Below, piece by piece: positions 51,192-62,855 of a stretch of 64,000 nucleotides of DNA. The notes under the pieces were generated by a model. That model was not told where the DNA came from, ran no database searches, and saw nothing but the letters and a program-made list of their open reading frames with translations. The position numbers were made by a program, and so were the translations under genes. The stretch covers positions 2,317 to 66,316 of the forward strand of contig JACPEW010000006.1 of NCBI GenBank assembly GCA_016183305.1. The letters are read 5' to 3'. Each line of letters opens with the position of its first letter. Within the stretch, counting starts at the first letter, position 1. This stretch comes from Candidatus Daviesbacteria bacterium. GTDB lineage: Bacteria; Patescibacteriota; Microgenomatia; Daviesbacterales; UBA10151.

Positions 51192-52391
51192 TTAAAATGA
51201 TGTAGTTAGTTTGTAAATCGGCAGGATGATCGAAATTACTAAGAAAGCAACTCCCACTCCCAAAATAATTAACACTATTGGCTCAATAGCCACTGTCAGA
51301 TTCTTTACTAAATGATCAGATTCTGACTCAAAATAATCAGCCAGCTTAAGAAAAATCTCATCAACTTTACCGGTTTCTTCTCCAACTTTAATCATCTGGC
51401 TGACAATCTTAGGAAATACGTTTCCTGCAAGCAGGGACGAAAAAGGCAAACCTTTCTCAACCCCTTTGTAAGCATCTTTTAAAGAATTTTTAAATACTGG
51501 ATTATCAGTTAAATCAGAAACAATTCCAATTGACTCAAGTAAAGGAATTCCTGCAGCAGTAAGCAGCCCAAAAGTCCGGTTAAAGTTTGTTAAAGTCACA
51601 TTAGTAACTATTTTACCTGCAATTGGGGTTCTTAAAATCAGTTTGCCAAAAAACATGTTGCCTTCTGGAGTTTTTTTCCATTTATTTATACCAATAACTA
51701 TCCCAATCAAAATTATTAAACCAAGCCACCAGAATTTAGTGAATAAATTTGAGGTTGCAATTAATATTTGAGTTGGCAGAGGTAGTTCTATAGTTGATTG
51801 CTGGTAAAGATTAACTAGTTTTGGGATAACAAATACCATCATGATTATAATTACAACTACCATCATTGTTAAAACTACCACCGGATAAATCATTGCTCCT
51901 TTAATTTTTGCCTGAAACTCCCGGTCTTTTTCTAATCCGTCAGCCATTTGCAGAAGCACTGAATCCAGTTTACCTGAAGTTTCACCGCTTTTAACTAAAT
52001 TCACATAAAGGTGGGGGAAAATATTAGGATACTTGCTTAAAGCTTGGGCTAAGGTTAAACCTCCTTTTATATCCTGGGAAATATTCTCTAAGGCTTCTTT
52101 TAAAATTTTATTTGTCTGCTGCTCCTCCAAGATATCTATTGCCTGGGATAAAACTAAACCGCTTGAAACCATAGTAGCCAACTGCCTAGTCATGATAACC
52201 AACTCAGTAAAACCTACTTTATTAAGAAAACGGCCTAAGAACTGGTTTTCTGGAGGATTTTTCGGGTTGATGGAAATAATAATCAAGCCCTTTTTTCTTA
52301 TTGTATTAATGGCTGAACGGACATCTGGAGTAGCTACATTACCGCTATGATCATTTCCCTGCAGGTCTTTTGCTTTGTATAGAAATTCCAT
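51192..52391 (-). CDS. pilC: type IV pilus platform protein PilC (GspF family)
   Basis: Duplicated GspF domain, three TM segments. Confidence 0.88.
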   Translation of the reverse strand: MEFLYKAKDLQGNDHSGNVATPDVRSAINTIRKKGLIIISINPKNPPENQFLGRFLNKVGFTELVIMTRQLATMVSSGLVLSQAIDILEEQQTNKILKEALENISQDIKGGLTLAQALSKYPNIFPHLYVNLVKSGETSGKLDSVLLQMADGLEKDREFQAKIKGAMIYPVVVLTMMVVVIIIMMVFVIPKLVNLYQQSTIELPLPTQILIATSNLFTKFWWLGLIILIGIVIGINKWKKTPEGNMFFGKLILRTPIAGKIVTNVTLTNFNRTFGLLTAAGIPLLESIGIVSDLTDNPVFKNSLKDAYKGVEKGLPFSSLLAGNVFPKIVSQMIKVGEETGKVDEIFLKLADYFESESDHLVKNLTVAIEPIVLIILGVGVAFLVISIILPIYKLTTSF

Positions 52392-52404
52392 ATAATCACT
52401 GAGG

Positions 52405-53457
52405 CTATTTCAATAACTTAACTAGCAACTCTGGTCTCAGAACAAACCTGATAGCTTCATCTTGGGAGATTTTGCCTTTTCTAACCAAGTCAGCCAAAGA
52501 TCTTTCCAGGGTTTGCATTCCCAACTCCATTGAAGTCTCAATTACATTATCTATCAAATAAGATTTTCCTTCGCGGATAATGCTTCTTACAGCAGGAGTA
52601 GCAAACAATACCTCTGAGGATAAAGTTCTGCCTGGCTCAATTGTTGGAATAAGCCTAAGTGATAAAATTGCTTCCAAAGTTGCTGCCAGTTGCAACCTAA
52701 TTTGGGCTTGTTGAGCCTCAGGAAAAACATCAATAATCCTATCCACTGATTGGGCAGCTGAGTTGGTATGAAGGGTTGCAAACACCAAATGGCCTGTTTC
52801 TGCAATAGTCATTACTGAAGCAATTGTCTCCAAATCTCTCATCTCTCCCACTAAAACTACATCAGGGTCTTCCCGCAGAGAAGAACGCAAAGCATTAGCC
52901 CAAGACCTGGTATCACTATACATTTCTCTTTGTTCAATTAAAGATTTACCTTTGGGATAGACATATTCTATTGGGTCTTCAACTGTAATAACATGTGAAG
53001 CCCGGGTTTGGTTAATTCTATTAATAAATGATGCTAAGGCTGTTGACTTACCATGACCAGTCGGCCCTGTTACCAAGATAAGACCCTGTTTTAACTCTAC
53101 TAATTTATTAACCACAGAAGGAAAACCTAATTCTTCTAAATTAGGTATTTTATAGGGAATCAGCCTTAAGGCTACTGCAGAATTGCCTTTTTGTTTATAC
53201 AAGTTAACTCTAAACCTGGCTTTTCCAGCAAACTCAAAGGAAAAATCCAACTCTAAAACTTGTTTATAGATATTCATTTGCATATCAGATAAAAGAGGCC
53301 TAATTAAACTTTCGATTTGCTCTGGAGATATAAACGCTTCTCCGGGTACTGGAAATAAATCACTATGAACCCGGATCATCGGCGGAAATCCTACGGAAAG
53401 ATGTAGATCAGATGCGTTTCTTTGAATAGTTAACTCTAAAAGCTGCTGTATATTCAT
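52405..53457 (-). CDS. pilT: twitching-motility retraction ATPase PilT
   Basis: 350 aa, ASDLHL, Walker A GPTGHGKST, Asp and His boxes. Confidence 0.88.
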   Translation of the reverse strand: MNIQQLLELTIQRNASDLHLSVGFPPMIRVHSDLFPVPGEAFISPEQIESLIRPLLSDMQMNIYKQVLELDFSFEFAGKARFRVNLYKQKGNSAVALRLIPYKIPNLEELGFPSVVNKLVELKQGLILVTGPTGHGKSTALASFINRINQTRASHVITVEDPIEYVYPKGKSLIEQREMYSDTRSWANALRSSLREDPDVVLVGEMRDLETIASVMTIAETGHLVFATLHTNSAAQSVDRIIDVFPEAQQAQIRLQLAATLEAILSLRLIPTIEPGRTLSSEVLFATPAVRSIIREGKSYLIDNVIETSMELGMQTLERSLADLVRKGKISQDEAIRFVLRPELLVKLLK

Positions 53458-53458
53458 C

Positions 53459-55159
53459 CTAATCTTGTGCTACTCTTAACACCTCCTCCATAGTAGTTAC
53501 TCCTTCTAAAGTCTTTAAATACCCATCCTGCTTCATTGTCACCATACCGTTCTCTCTAGACAACTGCTCAATACTGCTGGAAGAGGCACGTTCTAAAATT
53601 AAGTTAGCCATTTGATCTGAGACAATTAATACTTCAAAAATGCCTGTTCTGCCCAAGTAACCAGTATTACCACACCTGGCGCAGCCTTTTCCTTTAAAAA
53701 GCTTATCAGGCTGTTTTTGACTTGGCAGATATTTACCCAGAACTGATTTAATATTTTCCATTACTTCTGTCGGAGGACTAAATTCTATTTTGCAAAAGGG
53801 GCAAATTTTCCGCACTACCCGCTGGGCTGCTATTGCGTTTAAAGATGAGGTAAGCAAGAATGGCTCAATTCCCATATCTAACAGCCTGGGCGGTGCACCA
53901 GCGCTAGAGTTAGTATGAACTGTGGAAAAAACCTGATGGCCGGTTAAAGCTGCCTGAATTGTTAAATTAGCAGTTTCTGAATCACGGATCTCACCTACCA
54001 TAATAATATTGGGATCCTGACGAAGAAAGTTTCTTAATGCTGAAGCGAAAGTTAATCCCACCTGCGGGTTGACCTGAACCTGATTTACCCCCGGAATTTG
54101 ATATTCTACAGGATCCTCAATCGTCACAATATTAACCCTGCTGGTAGAAATTTTGCTTAAGATAGAGTAGAGAGTCGTAGTCTTACCGCTACCGGTTGGA
54201 CCACAGATTAAGATAATGCCATGTGGTCTTTGCAGTTGGCTTTCCAAACTCTTTAATGCATTACCTCTTAAACCTAATTCCAATAAACTGGGGGCAGCAG
54301 TTGATTTGGGTAATAGTCTTAATACCACTTTCTCCCCAAAAACAGTCGGGATCACAGAAACCCTAAGATCAACAACCTTTTGTTCGTAAGTAAAGGTAAA
54401 TCTGCCATCTTGAGGCAATCTTTTTTCATCGATCTTCAAAATTGCCAATATCTTAATCCTTGATACTAAAGCTTCATGCACCCCTTTAGGCAGCAGAATT
54501 TTTTCCTGTAAGATGCCGTCAATTCTGTATCTGACTCTGGTCCGGTCTTCTTGAGGCTCAATGTGAATGTCTGATGCCCGTGATTTAATAGCATATTGCA
54601 AAAGCTGATCAATAATATTGGAAACAGGCGCTTCTCTTAAGACTTCAGGACCGTTCTGAATGTCTTCTTCCGGGCTTACCGATGCAACCTCTTTTAAAGC
54701 TGACGTTACTTCAGAAGTTAAATTTTGTTGGTATTGATCAGAAATTGCCTTTAAAATATCTTCTGGTTGTGCCAGATAAGACTTCACCCTAAGTCCTGCC
54801 CTTTTTTCTATAAATTGGGTAATCTGGATATCCAAAGGATCTGCCATTGCTACCCATAACTCCTCACCTTTTTTCTCAAATGGGATAATAGTGTAGCGCC
54901 GGGCTGCCGGTTCTGGAATTAAGTTCAGAATATCTGCTGAAATAGCCCTTCCATCAAGATTAATATAAGGAACATTTAAAATTTGAGCTTTAGCTTCAGT
55001 GATTTTGTCAACAGGAATCAGGTTGTGCTGAATCAGGATTTTTTCAATTGGGGTACCTGAATTCAGGCTTTCGAGTTTAACAGCAGATAGTTGATCAGAA
55101 CTAATTAATCCTTGCTTAAACAGAATATCTTCTAAAGTCTGGGCAGTTACAGCGGGCAT
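53459..55159 (-). CDS. pilB: type IV pilus extension ATPase PilB (GspE family)
   Basis: Walker A GPTGSGKTTT, tetracysteine CPFC...CARCGNTG, N-terminal GspE-N domain. Confidence 0.9.
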   Translation of the reverse strand: MPAVTAQTLEDILFKQGLISSDQLSAVKLESLNSGTPIEKILIQHNLIPVDKITEAKAQILNVPYINLDGRAISADILNLIPEPAARRYTIIPFEKKGEELWVAMADPLDIQITQFIEKRAGLRVKSYLAQPEDILKAISDQYQQNLTSEVTSALKEVASVSPEEDIQNGPEVLREAPVSNIIDQLLQYAIKSRASDIHIEPQEDRTRVRYRIDGILQEKILLPKGVHEALVSRIKILAILKIDEKRLPQDGRFTFTYEQKVVDLRVSVIPTVFGEKVVLRLLPKSTAAPSLLELGLRGNALKSLESQLQRPHGIILICGPTGSGKTTTLYSILSKISTSRVNIVTIEDPVEYQIPGVNQVQVNPQVGLTFASALRNFLRQDPNIIMVGEIRDSETANLTIQAALTGHQVFSTVHTNSSAGAPPRLLDMGIEPFLLTSSLNAIAAQRVVRKICPFCKIEFSPPTEVMENIKSVLGKYLPSQKQPDKLFKGKGCARCGNTGYLGRTGIFEVLIVSDQMANLILERASSSSIEQLSRENGMVTMKQDGYLKTLEGVTTMEEVLRVAQD

Positions 55160-55201
55160 ATCTACATTATGTTAAAACTTTGAGGTGATTGCAAGGCTTT
55201 T

Positions 55202-56806
55202 TTACCTTTTTATCTCTAATTTATACAAACTGCATTTATTATTACAGCCCTTTTCTGCTAAAGATAAGTTAAATTCTTCTTTTATTTTCTGCATATCAAA
55301 AGAAAACCAATATTTATCTTCAGTTTGGTAAACTGATACTAATACAGTTTTACTTTCCCTTAGATAATCTTTATACAAATCTATTAAACTGCCTTGAGGA
55401 CTAATACCCCAAGTTTGCTCTACACCTCCTGTAAAATATTGACGGAAAGACAAAGGTAAAACTTTGTATTTATGGTTTGAATAAAAATCAATCATATAAG
55501 GGGAAAGTGTAGAGATAATTACGGGTTTCAAAGTATAAGAGTTAGCATATTGATTCATTATCTCAATAGCTTCATAGTTTTTAGCTTTTTCTGGCTGCAG
55601 GAAAATAAGTTTTAGCTCATTGCTAACTTGACCCAGCGGCAAAGGAATCATTGCTAAAATAACAGTAAGATAAATAAACCCCATTAAAAATTTAAAATAT
55701 AGTCCTTGATAACGCCATTTTAAAAAATTCCCTAAAGTCTGTAAAAAAATACCGGAGATAAGGAAAAATATAGGAATAAAGACAAATAAATAACGGGCAT
55801 CAACAATATAAAAAGTACTTATAAAATATAAAGTTCCAGTAATAGAAAGAAAAAAATAAAAGCTTAATAATTTATTTTTTCCAGTTAACAGGTTAATAAA
55901 AATAGCTGCAATAGAAGTCATCCCTACTATAATAGGCAGTAAAATAAAATCTTTTTGCAAAACAGTCACCTGCCCTCCCATAATCCCAGCCAGATAACGG
56001 ATAAAATTATTCTTTAGGTAAACCGTTGAAAAAGATCCCGATGAAGAAACAGTTACCAGGTTTTGCAAAACTAATATAACTGTATTTAAAACATTAACTT
56101 CCTTGTTTAAAAATTCAATATAAGCAAAGACCGAAAAAAGAATTAATAAACTTAAGAAAAATAAAAACAAGAATAAAAGTTTTTTCTTTAGCAAACTTTT
56201 AAATGATCTAACTTTGATAATAAAAGCAATAATTAAGGACAAACTCAACACCCAGGCTACATATTTTGTAGCAAAAAATGCCATGGTTAAAAACGGAAAC
56301 AGTATCACAGAAAAAATAGTAAGTGGCTGTAACAGCAACCAAACAGAAAATAGGTATAAAGGTATTAGCAAATTTTTAGCCATAGCTACTTGTGGATACC
56401 AAAAAATAATGTAGTTAGTCACAAAACCTAAAAATAAAATACTTTTAATTACTGGGCTTGCAAATAATTTGCAGATAATTTTATAAAACAAAATGGCAGA
56501 GATTAGTGTTAAAAATACATTAGTAATATAAAAAAACCTAATCTCCCGGAAGATAAAATAAATAGGAAAAAGAGTTAAAGAATATAGAGGAGGAACTGTG
56601 GTAGGAATATCTCTGCCCTCATAGGAAATAACTAAACCCTTACCATGCGCTAAACTTATCAGCGGATTTAAATAATGGATGCTGTCAGGAGAAGGTTCCA
56701 ACCCTGAGATAAAGTTATACGGAGATAAAGGGTTTTTAAAAAGCAGTAATAATAGCAAAAACATTCCCAAAACAAATATTTTGTTGTGTTTAAGAAATAG
56801 AATCAT
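55202..56806 (-). CDS. GT-C fold polytopic glycosyltransferase (ArnT/PMT-like)
   Basis: About 12 TM segments; first loop EPSPDS...TTVPPLYSL resembles the GT39/GT83 pattern. Confidence 0.45.
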   Translation of the reverse strand: MILFLKHNKIFVLGMFLLLLLLFKNPLSPYNFISGLEPSPDSIHYLNPLISLAHGKGLVISYEGRDIPTTVPPLYSLTLFPIYFIFREIRFFYITNVFLTLISAILFYKIICKLFASPVIKSILFLGFVTNYIIFWYPQVAMAKNLLIPLYLFSVWLLLQPLTIFSVILFPFLTMAFFATKYVAWVLSLSLIIAFIIKVRSFKSLLKKKLLFLFLFFLSLLILFSVFAYIEFLNKEVNVLNTVILVLQNLVTVSSSGSFSTVYLKNNFIRYLAGIMGGQVTVLQKDFILLPIIVGMTSIAAIFINLLTGKNKLLSFYFFLSITGTLYFISTFYIVDARYLFVFIPIFFLISGIFLQTLGNFLKWRYQGLYFKFLMGFIYLTVILAMIPLPLGQVSNELKLIFLQPEKAKNYEAIEIMNQYANSYTLKPVIISTLSPYMIDFYSNHKYKVLPLSFRQYFTGGVEQTWGISPQGSLIDLYKDYLRESKTVLVSVYQTEDKYWFSFDMQKIKEEFNLSLAEKGCNNKCSLYKLEIKR

Positions 56807-56822
56807 CTGTTAAAATGCTGTT

Positions 56823-57461
56823 ATGACAGCCAAGCTTTTATTATCTTTATCATATAATACAAGACTCATTGCTATCCAGGAGGAATTAAAAAAACAAAAT
56901 TTACCAATATCCCATCCTGACCTTTTATATTTTGATCAAGAAACAAAGCTGGGAATCTCTGAGGCAAGAAAAATTAAAGATCATTTTTCTTTAAAACCTT
57001 ATTCTGCCAAAGGCAGGGGAGTAGTTTTAGAAGATGCTGCCAAGTTAACAATTGAGGCCCAAAATGCCCTGCTTAAAACTTTAGAAGAATTGCCAAAAGA
57101 AGCTACTCTGGTTTTGGGAGCCAGCTCAGAAGCAAGCTTATTGCCAACTATTTTATCCCGCTGCCACATAATTCGTATACAAAACCCTACGTCTCATCAT
57201 ATTCCTACCCCGGAGGTAGGATATATAGAGAATATAAAAAACTTGTTAAATTCTGAAGTTGCAGATAGGCTTGAATACATAGAAAAGCTAAAAAACAAAG
57301 AAGAGTTTTTACAAGCTTTAATAGTATATTTCCATGATAATCTTTTAAAATATCCTGAGTTTGCAAACCAGCTTTTACAAGCAGAAGAATGGTCTAAACA
57401 AAATGTAAACATCAGGACAATTTTAGAATACTTGATGCTTGTGATGCCCCGGATAAAATGA
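56823..57461 (+). CDS. holB: DNA polymerase III delta-prime-like subunit, short
   Basis: AQNALLKTLEE, LPTILSRCHII. Confidence 0.6.
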   Translation: MTAKLLLSLSYNTRLIAIQEELKKQNLPISHPDLLYFDQETKLGISEARKIKDHFSLKPYSAKGRGVVLEDAAKLTIEAQNALLKTLEELPKEATLVLGASSEASLLPTILSRCHIIRIQNPTSHHIPTPEVGYIENIKNLLNSEVADRLEYIEKLKNKEEFLQALIVYFHDNLLKYPEFANQLLQAEEWSKQNVNIRTILEYLMLVMPRIK

Positions 57462-57475
57462 TAGACTATATATAG

Positions 57476-59434
<1,959 letters not shown>

Positions 59435-59631
59435 TAAGATCTGCACTTTATTATTGATTTTGATTCAACTTTACTTTGAATTTTTTACTTAAGATTTGAT
59501 GCCAAAGGCCAATCAGAAAACTTAAGGAAAAAACTTGCTAAATATGGTTATATTGTAGGAGCAGGCTATGGTGATACTCCCACAGTCTCAAAGATGTAAA
59601 ATTACTCCTAAAACGCATATAATATAGCCTG

Positions 59632-62277
59632 ATGGTTAAGAAAGCAGTCCATTTTCTAGGAATAGGGGGGTCTGGTACTTCTTCTGCTGCTGCAATTGCA
59701 GAGGCTCAAGGATTTGAGGTTGGTGGTTGTGATCTGCAACCCAATAATGAGTTCACCACCATTTTCCAACCAAACCAACTCCAAGTAGGCCATAGTCCCC
59801 AGCATTTAGCTTCCCACCTTAAAGGTGGGAACGTAGATATTTTAGCTGTTACTCCTGCTATTTTTTCTTTAGACCCAGATAACCAAAAAAAAAAAAAAGA
59901 AAAGAAAAAAGGGATTGAAGTTTTAACCTGGCAGCAGTTTGTTGGTAAATATTTAGCTAAGGACAAATCTGTTATTGCTGTTTGTGGCACTCATGGCAAA
60001 ACTACCACAACTGCTATGATTGCCCAAATATTAGAAGATGCAGGCTTAGACCCAACTGTAGAGCTGGGTGGTATTGTTCCCAGATGGAAAGCTAACTATA
60101 GAGTAGGAAAAGGAAAGTACTTTGTAGTAGAAGCTGATGAATTTAATGATAATTTTTTATCCCATTATCCTCAAATTACAGTAGTAACTAATATTGAAAT
60201 GGACCACCCAGAATATTTTAAGGATTTTGAGGCAGTGAAAAGTAGTTTTAAAAAGTTTTTACTTCAAACTAAAACAACAATTGTAACTAATTTAACAGAC
60301 TCTACTGTTGCTGAAATTCTTAAAGGTGTAATGAAGGAATCCTCAGTTTCTGCTCTGGATTTTACCAAAAGCCGGATGGATTTTAACTTAAAAATACCAG
60401 GTCAACATAATGTTTTAAATGCCAAAGCAGCAATGCAGGTAGGACTCCTTTTAGGAACAGGCCCAGAAATTATTAGAAAAAGTCTAAATAACTATACTGG
60501 AGCAGGCAGAAGGTTTGAGTATATTGGAGAGTTTAATCAAGCAAAAATTTATTCTGATTTTGCTCATCATCCTACAGAAATAAAAACAACTATGGAAGCT
60601 GCTAGGGAAAAATTCCCTAAGGAGAGAATATTTTTAGTTTACCAGCCACATATGTTCTCAAGAATTAAAGCCCTTTTTGAAGACTTTGTTAGAGTTTTCC
60701 AAAGCCTACCAGTTGACCAAATCTTTATTACAGATATTTATCCTTCCAGGGAAAAAGATACTGGTTTAGTAAATAGCAAACAGCTTGTTGATGCTACTGC
60801 TAAAGATTCTGTAAGTTATATTGGTAGTATAGATGAAACTTTAGAAAAATTAAAACCACAAATTAAACCAGGAAATGTTGTCTTTTTCATGGGAGCAGGC
60901 AGTATTGATCAATTAGCCAGAAAGTTAGTGAAACAAAAAGTTTTGGTATTTGGCTTAGGTCTAAACCAAGGCGGAGTAGGGGTAGCTAAATTTTTTGCTC
61001 AAAATGGAGCAGAAGTTAGAATAACTGATTTAAAAACTGAAAAAGACTTGCAAGCTTCTTTAGATAAGTTAAAAGAATTTAAAAACATTTCCTATACTTT
61101 AGGGGGGCATACATTTGAAGATATTGATTGGGCTGACTTAATTATTAAAAACCCGGCTGTTAAACCAGAAAATAAATATATTGGGTATGTATTGGAAAAA
61201 GATAAAGAAGTAGAAACAGATTTTTCCATTTTCCTCCAATATGCAGATCAAAAAAAGATTATCGCTATTACTGGCACCAAAGGTAAAACCACAACTGCTT
61301 CACTGATTTATGAAGTATTAAAAGCTGCAAATGAACAGGCAGTGCTGGCTGGAAATATTGGCAGAAGTATTTTAGATACCTTACCATATTTAGATAAAAA
61401 CCCTTGGATTATAGTAGAAATATCTTCTTTTCAACTACAAGCTTTGGCGGAAAAAAATTTTGCTCCAAAGATTGCTGTTATTACTAATATCTATCCGGAT
61501 CACTTAAATTGGCATTTCTCAATGGAAGAATATATTGAGGCTAAAAAAATAATTGCCGAATACCAAACAAAAGAAGATTTTCTTTTTATTAGAGGGGGGA
61601 ATGTAATGGTAGATAAACCGGATTTTTTAAAAGGTTTGAAAGCTAAAATTATCCGCTTTTCCAAAAATGACTTACCGGCAGGTTTACAACCTAATTTGCT
61701 AGGAGAACATAATCTAGAAAATATAGCAGCAGCGTATTCAATAGGTAAAGTTCTTAGCGTCAACTCAAACCTCCTCCTCAAATCTCTTACTCAGTTTAAA
61801 GGTGTGCCGTTTAGGATAGAACTTATTAAGGAGTGGTATGGAGTAAAAATTTACAATGATACTACAGCTACTTCCCCTGAAGCAGGGATCCAAGCCATAA
61901 AAACGCTTTCCAAACTACATTCCCACATCGGAAGTGGGAAGCTAGTTCTTATTTGTGGTGGCATGAATAAAAAAATGGATTATAAAAAATATGCAGAAGA
62001 AGTTATTAAAAATGTTCAACAAGTATTTTTTCTGGAAGGAGATGCAACTGAGGAAATCATCAAGAGAATTCAGAATTTAGAGTTCAGAGTTCAGAATGGT
62101 GGAATTTATAATAATATTGAAAAATTGCTACAGGATGTTAAAAAAGAAGTAAAACCTGGAGATACTATTTTGTTTTCACCAGCAGCCACTTCTTTTAATT
62201 TATTCCAAAATGAGTTTGACAGGGGAAGACAATTTAATAAAGCAGTTGAAAAAGTTTTTGGGGAAGATGCTTCTTAG
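59632..62277 (+). CDS. murC-murD: MurC-MurD fusion: UDP-MurNAc L-alanine ligase joined to UDP-MurNAc-L-Ala D-glutamate ligase
   Basis: MurC half: FLGIGGSGTS, CGTHGKTTTTAM, EADEFN, GAGRRFE, DFAHHPTE. MurD half from about aa 437: VFGLGLNQGGVG, ITGTKGKTTT, EISSFQL, NIYPDHLNWH, FKGVPFRIE, NDTTATSPEA. Confidence 0.88.
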   Translation: MVKKAVHFLGIGGSGTSSAAAIAEAQGFEVGGCDLQPNNEFTTIFQPNQLQVGHSPQHLASHLKGGNVDILAVTPAIFSLDPDNQKKKKEKKKGIEVLTWQQFVGKYLAKDKSVIAVCGTHGKTTTTAMIAQILEDAGLDPTVELGGIVPRWKANYRVGKGKYFVVEADEFNDNFLSHYPQITVVTNIEMDHPEYFKDFEAVKSSFKKFLLQTKTTIVTNLTDSTVAEILKGVMKESSVSALDFTKSRMDFNLKIPGQHNVLNAKAAMQVGLLLGTGPEIIRKSLNNYTGAGRRFEYIGEFNQAKIYSDFAHHPTEIKTTMEAAREKFPKERIFLVYQPHMFSRIKALFEDFVRVFQSLPVDQIFITDIYPSREKDTGLVNSKQLVDATAKDSVSYIGSIDETLEKLKPQIKPGNVVFFMGAGSIDQLARKLVKQKVLVFGLGLNQGGVGVAKFFAQNGAEVRITDLKTEKDLQASLDKLKEFKNISYTLGGHTFEDIDWADLIIKNPAVKPENKYIGYVLEKDKEVETDFSIFLQYADQKKIIAITGTKGKTTTASLIYEVLKAANEQAVLAGNIGRSILDTLPYLDKNPWIIVEISSFQLQALAEKNFAPKIAVITNIYPDHLNWHFSMEEYIEAKKIIAEYQTKEDFLFIRGGNVMVDKPDFLKGLKAKIIRFSKNDLPAGLQPNLLGEHNLENIAAAYSIGKVLSVNSNLLLKSLTQFKGVPFRIELIKEWYGVKIYNDTTATSPEAGIQAIKTLSKLHSHIGSGKLVLICGGMNKKMDYKKYAEEVIKNVQQVFFLEGDATEEIIKRIQNLEFRVQNGGIYNNIEKLLQDVKKEVKPGDTILFSPAATSFNLFQNEFDRGRQFNKAVEKVFGEDAS
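59885..59898 (+). repeat. A14 homopolymer inside the murC half
   Basis: 14 consecutive A, followed by GAAAAGAAAAAAGGG; reads QKKKKEKKKG. Confidence 0.95.
61915..61945 (+). repeat. R1 REP hairpin inside the murD half
   Basis: TTCCCAC ATCGGAA GTGGGAA GCTAG; reads HSHIGSGKL. Confidence 0.85.
62069..62096 (+). repeat. R3 tandem heptamers inside the murD half
   Basis: TTCAGAA TTTAGAG TTCAGAG TTCAGAA; reads IQNLEFRVQNG. Confidence 0.75.
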
Positions 62278-62761
62278 CTAATCTTTGAATTAATTCATAT
62301 CCACCAAAAAGTAAAATTGTGTATCCTACATCTCCAATTAAACTATTCCTGAAAAAGGGTATAGCCATTGTATAACTTTGTATCAAACCATTTAAAGTAT
62401 GGGGATACCAATTATTTGGTGGAGCCCATACCCCAAAATTAGTGATGATAAAAAATAATACTGAGGAAAAAACAGCTGAACCCAAAACCCATTTTATTGA
62501 TTTATGTTTCCTTAACCATAAACCTATACCAGCAATTAGGGCAAAGCTGCCATAAACATACAACATATCTATTCCATAAAACCCAATGAAATAATCACTA
62601 ATTAATAAAGCCAGTAAGGGCAAGAAAGCAAACTTTTTAGGTAAGTATGTCCCTCCGAATAAGCACAAGGCTGTAATAGGCACTATATTAGGATTATGGG
62701 GAAGTAACCTAGATAAAACCCCAGCCAAAACTATTAAAAAAGCTATTAGCTTTAAATTCAT
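62234..62761 (-). CDS. hypothetical small polytopic membrane protein
   Basis: 175 aa, 5-6 TM; SRLLPHNPNIVPITALCLFGG N-terminus; 44-nt convergent overlap with murC-murD. Confidence 0.5.
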   Translation of the reverse strand: MNLKLIAFLIVLAGVLSRLLPHNPNIVPITALCLFGGTYLPKKFAFLPLLALLISDYFIGFYGIDMLYVYGSFALIAGIGLWLRKHKSIKWVLGSAVFSSVLFFIITNFGVWAPPNNWYPHTLNGLIQSYTMAIPFFRNSLIGDVGYTILLFGGYELIQRLAKKHLPQKLFQLLY

Positions 62762-62855
62762 AGCCCTACTTTAAATTGTAGTTAAAATATTGTCAATCTA
62801 CTAGATATTGAGTAGTCGAAATACAAGCTCTCTTAAGATATAATTTATTCCTGGC

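Noticed and set aside
59520-59600. Short open frame ...KKLAKYGYIVGAGYGDTPTVSKM* between gyrB and murC-murD as a gene remnant
   Set aside because: It is about 25 codons with no start and no recognisable family, so it cannot be distinguished from chance.
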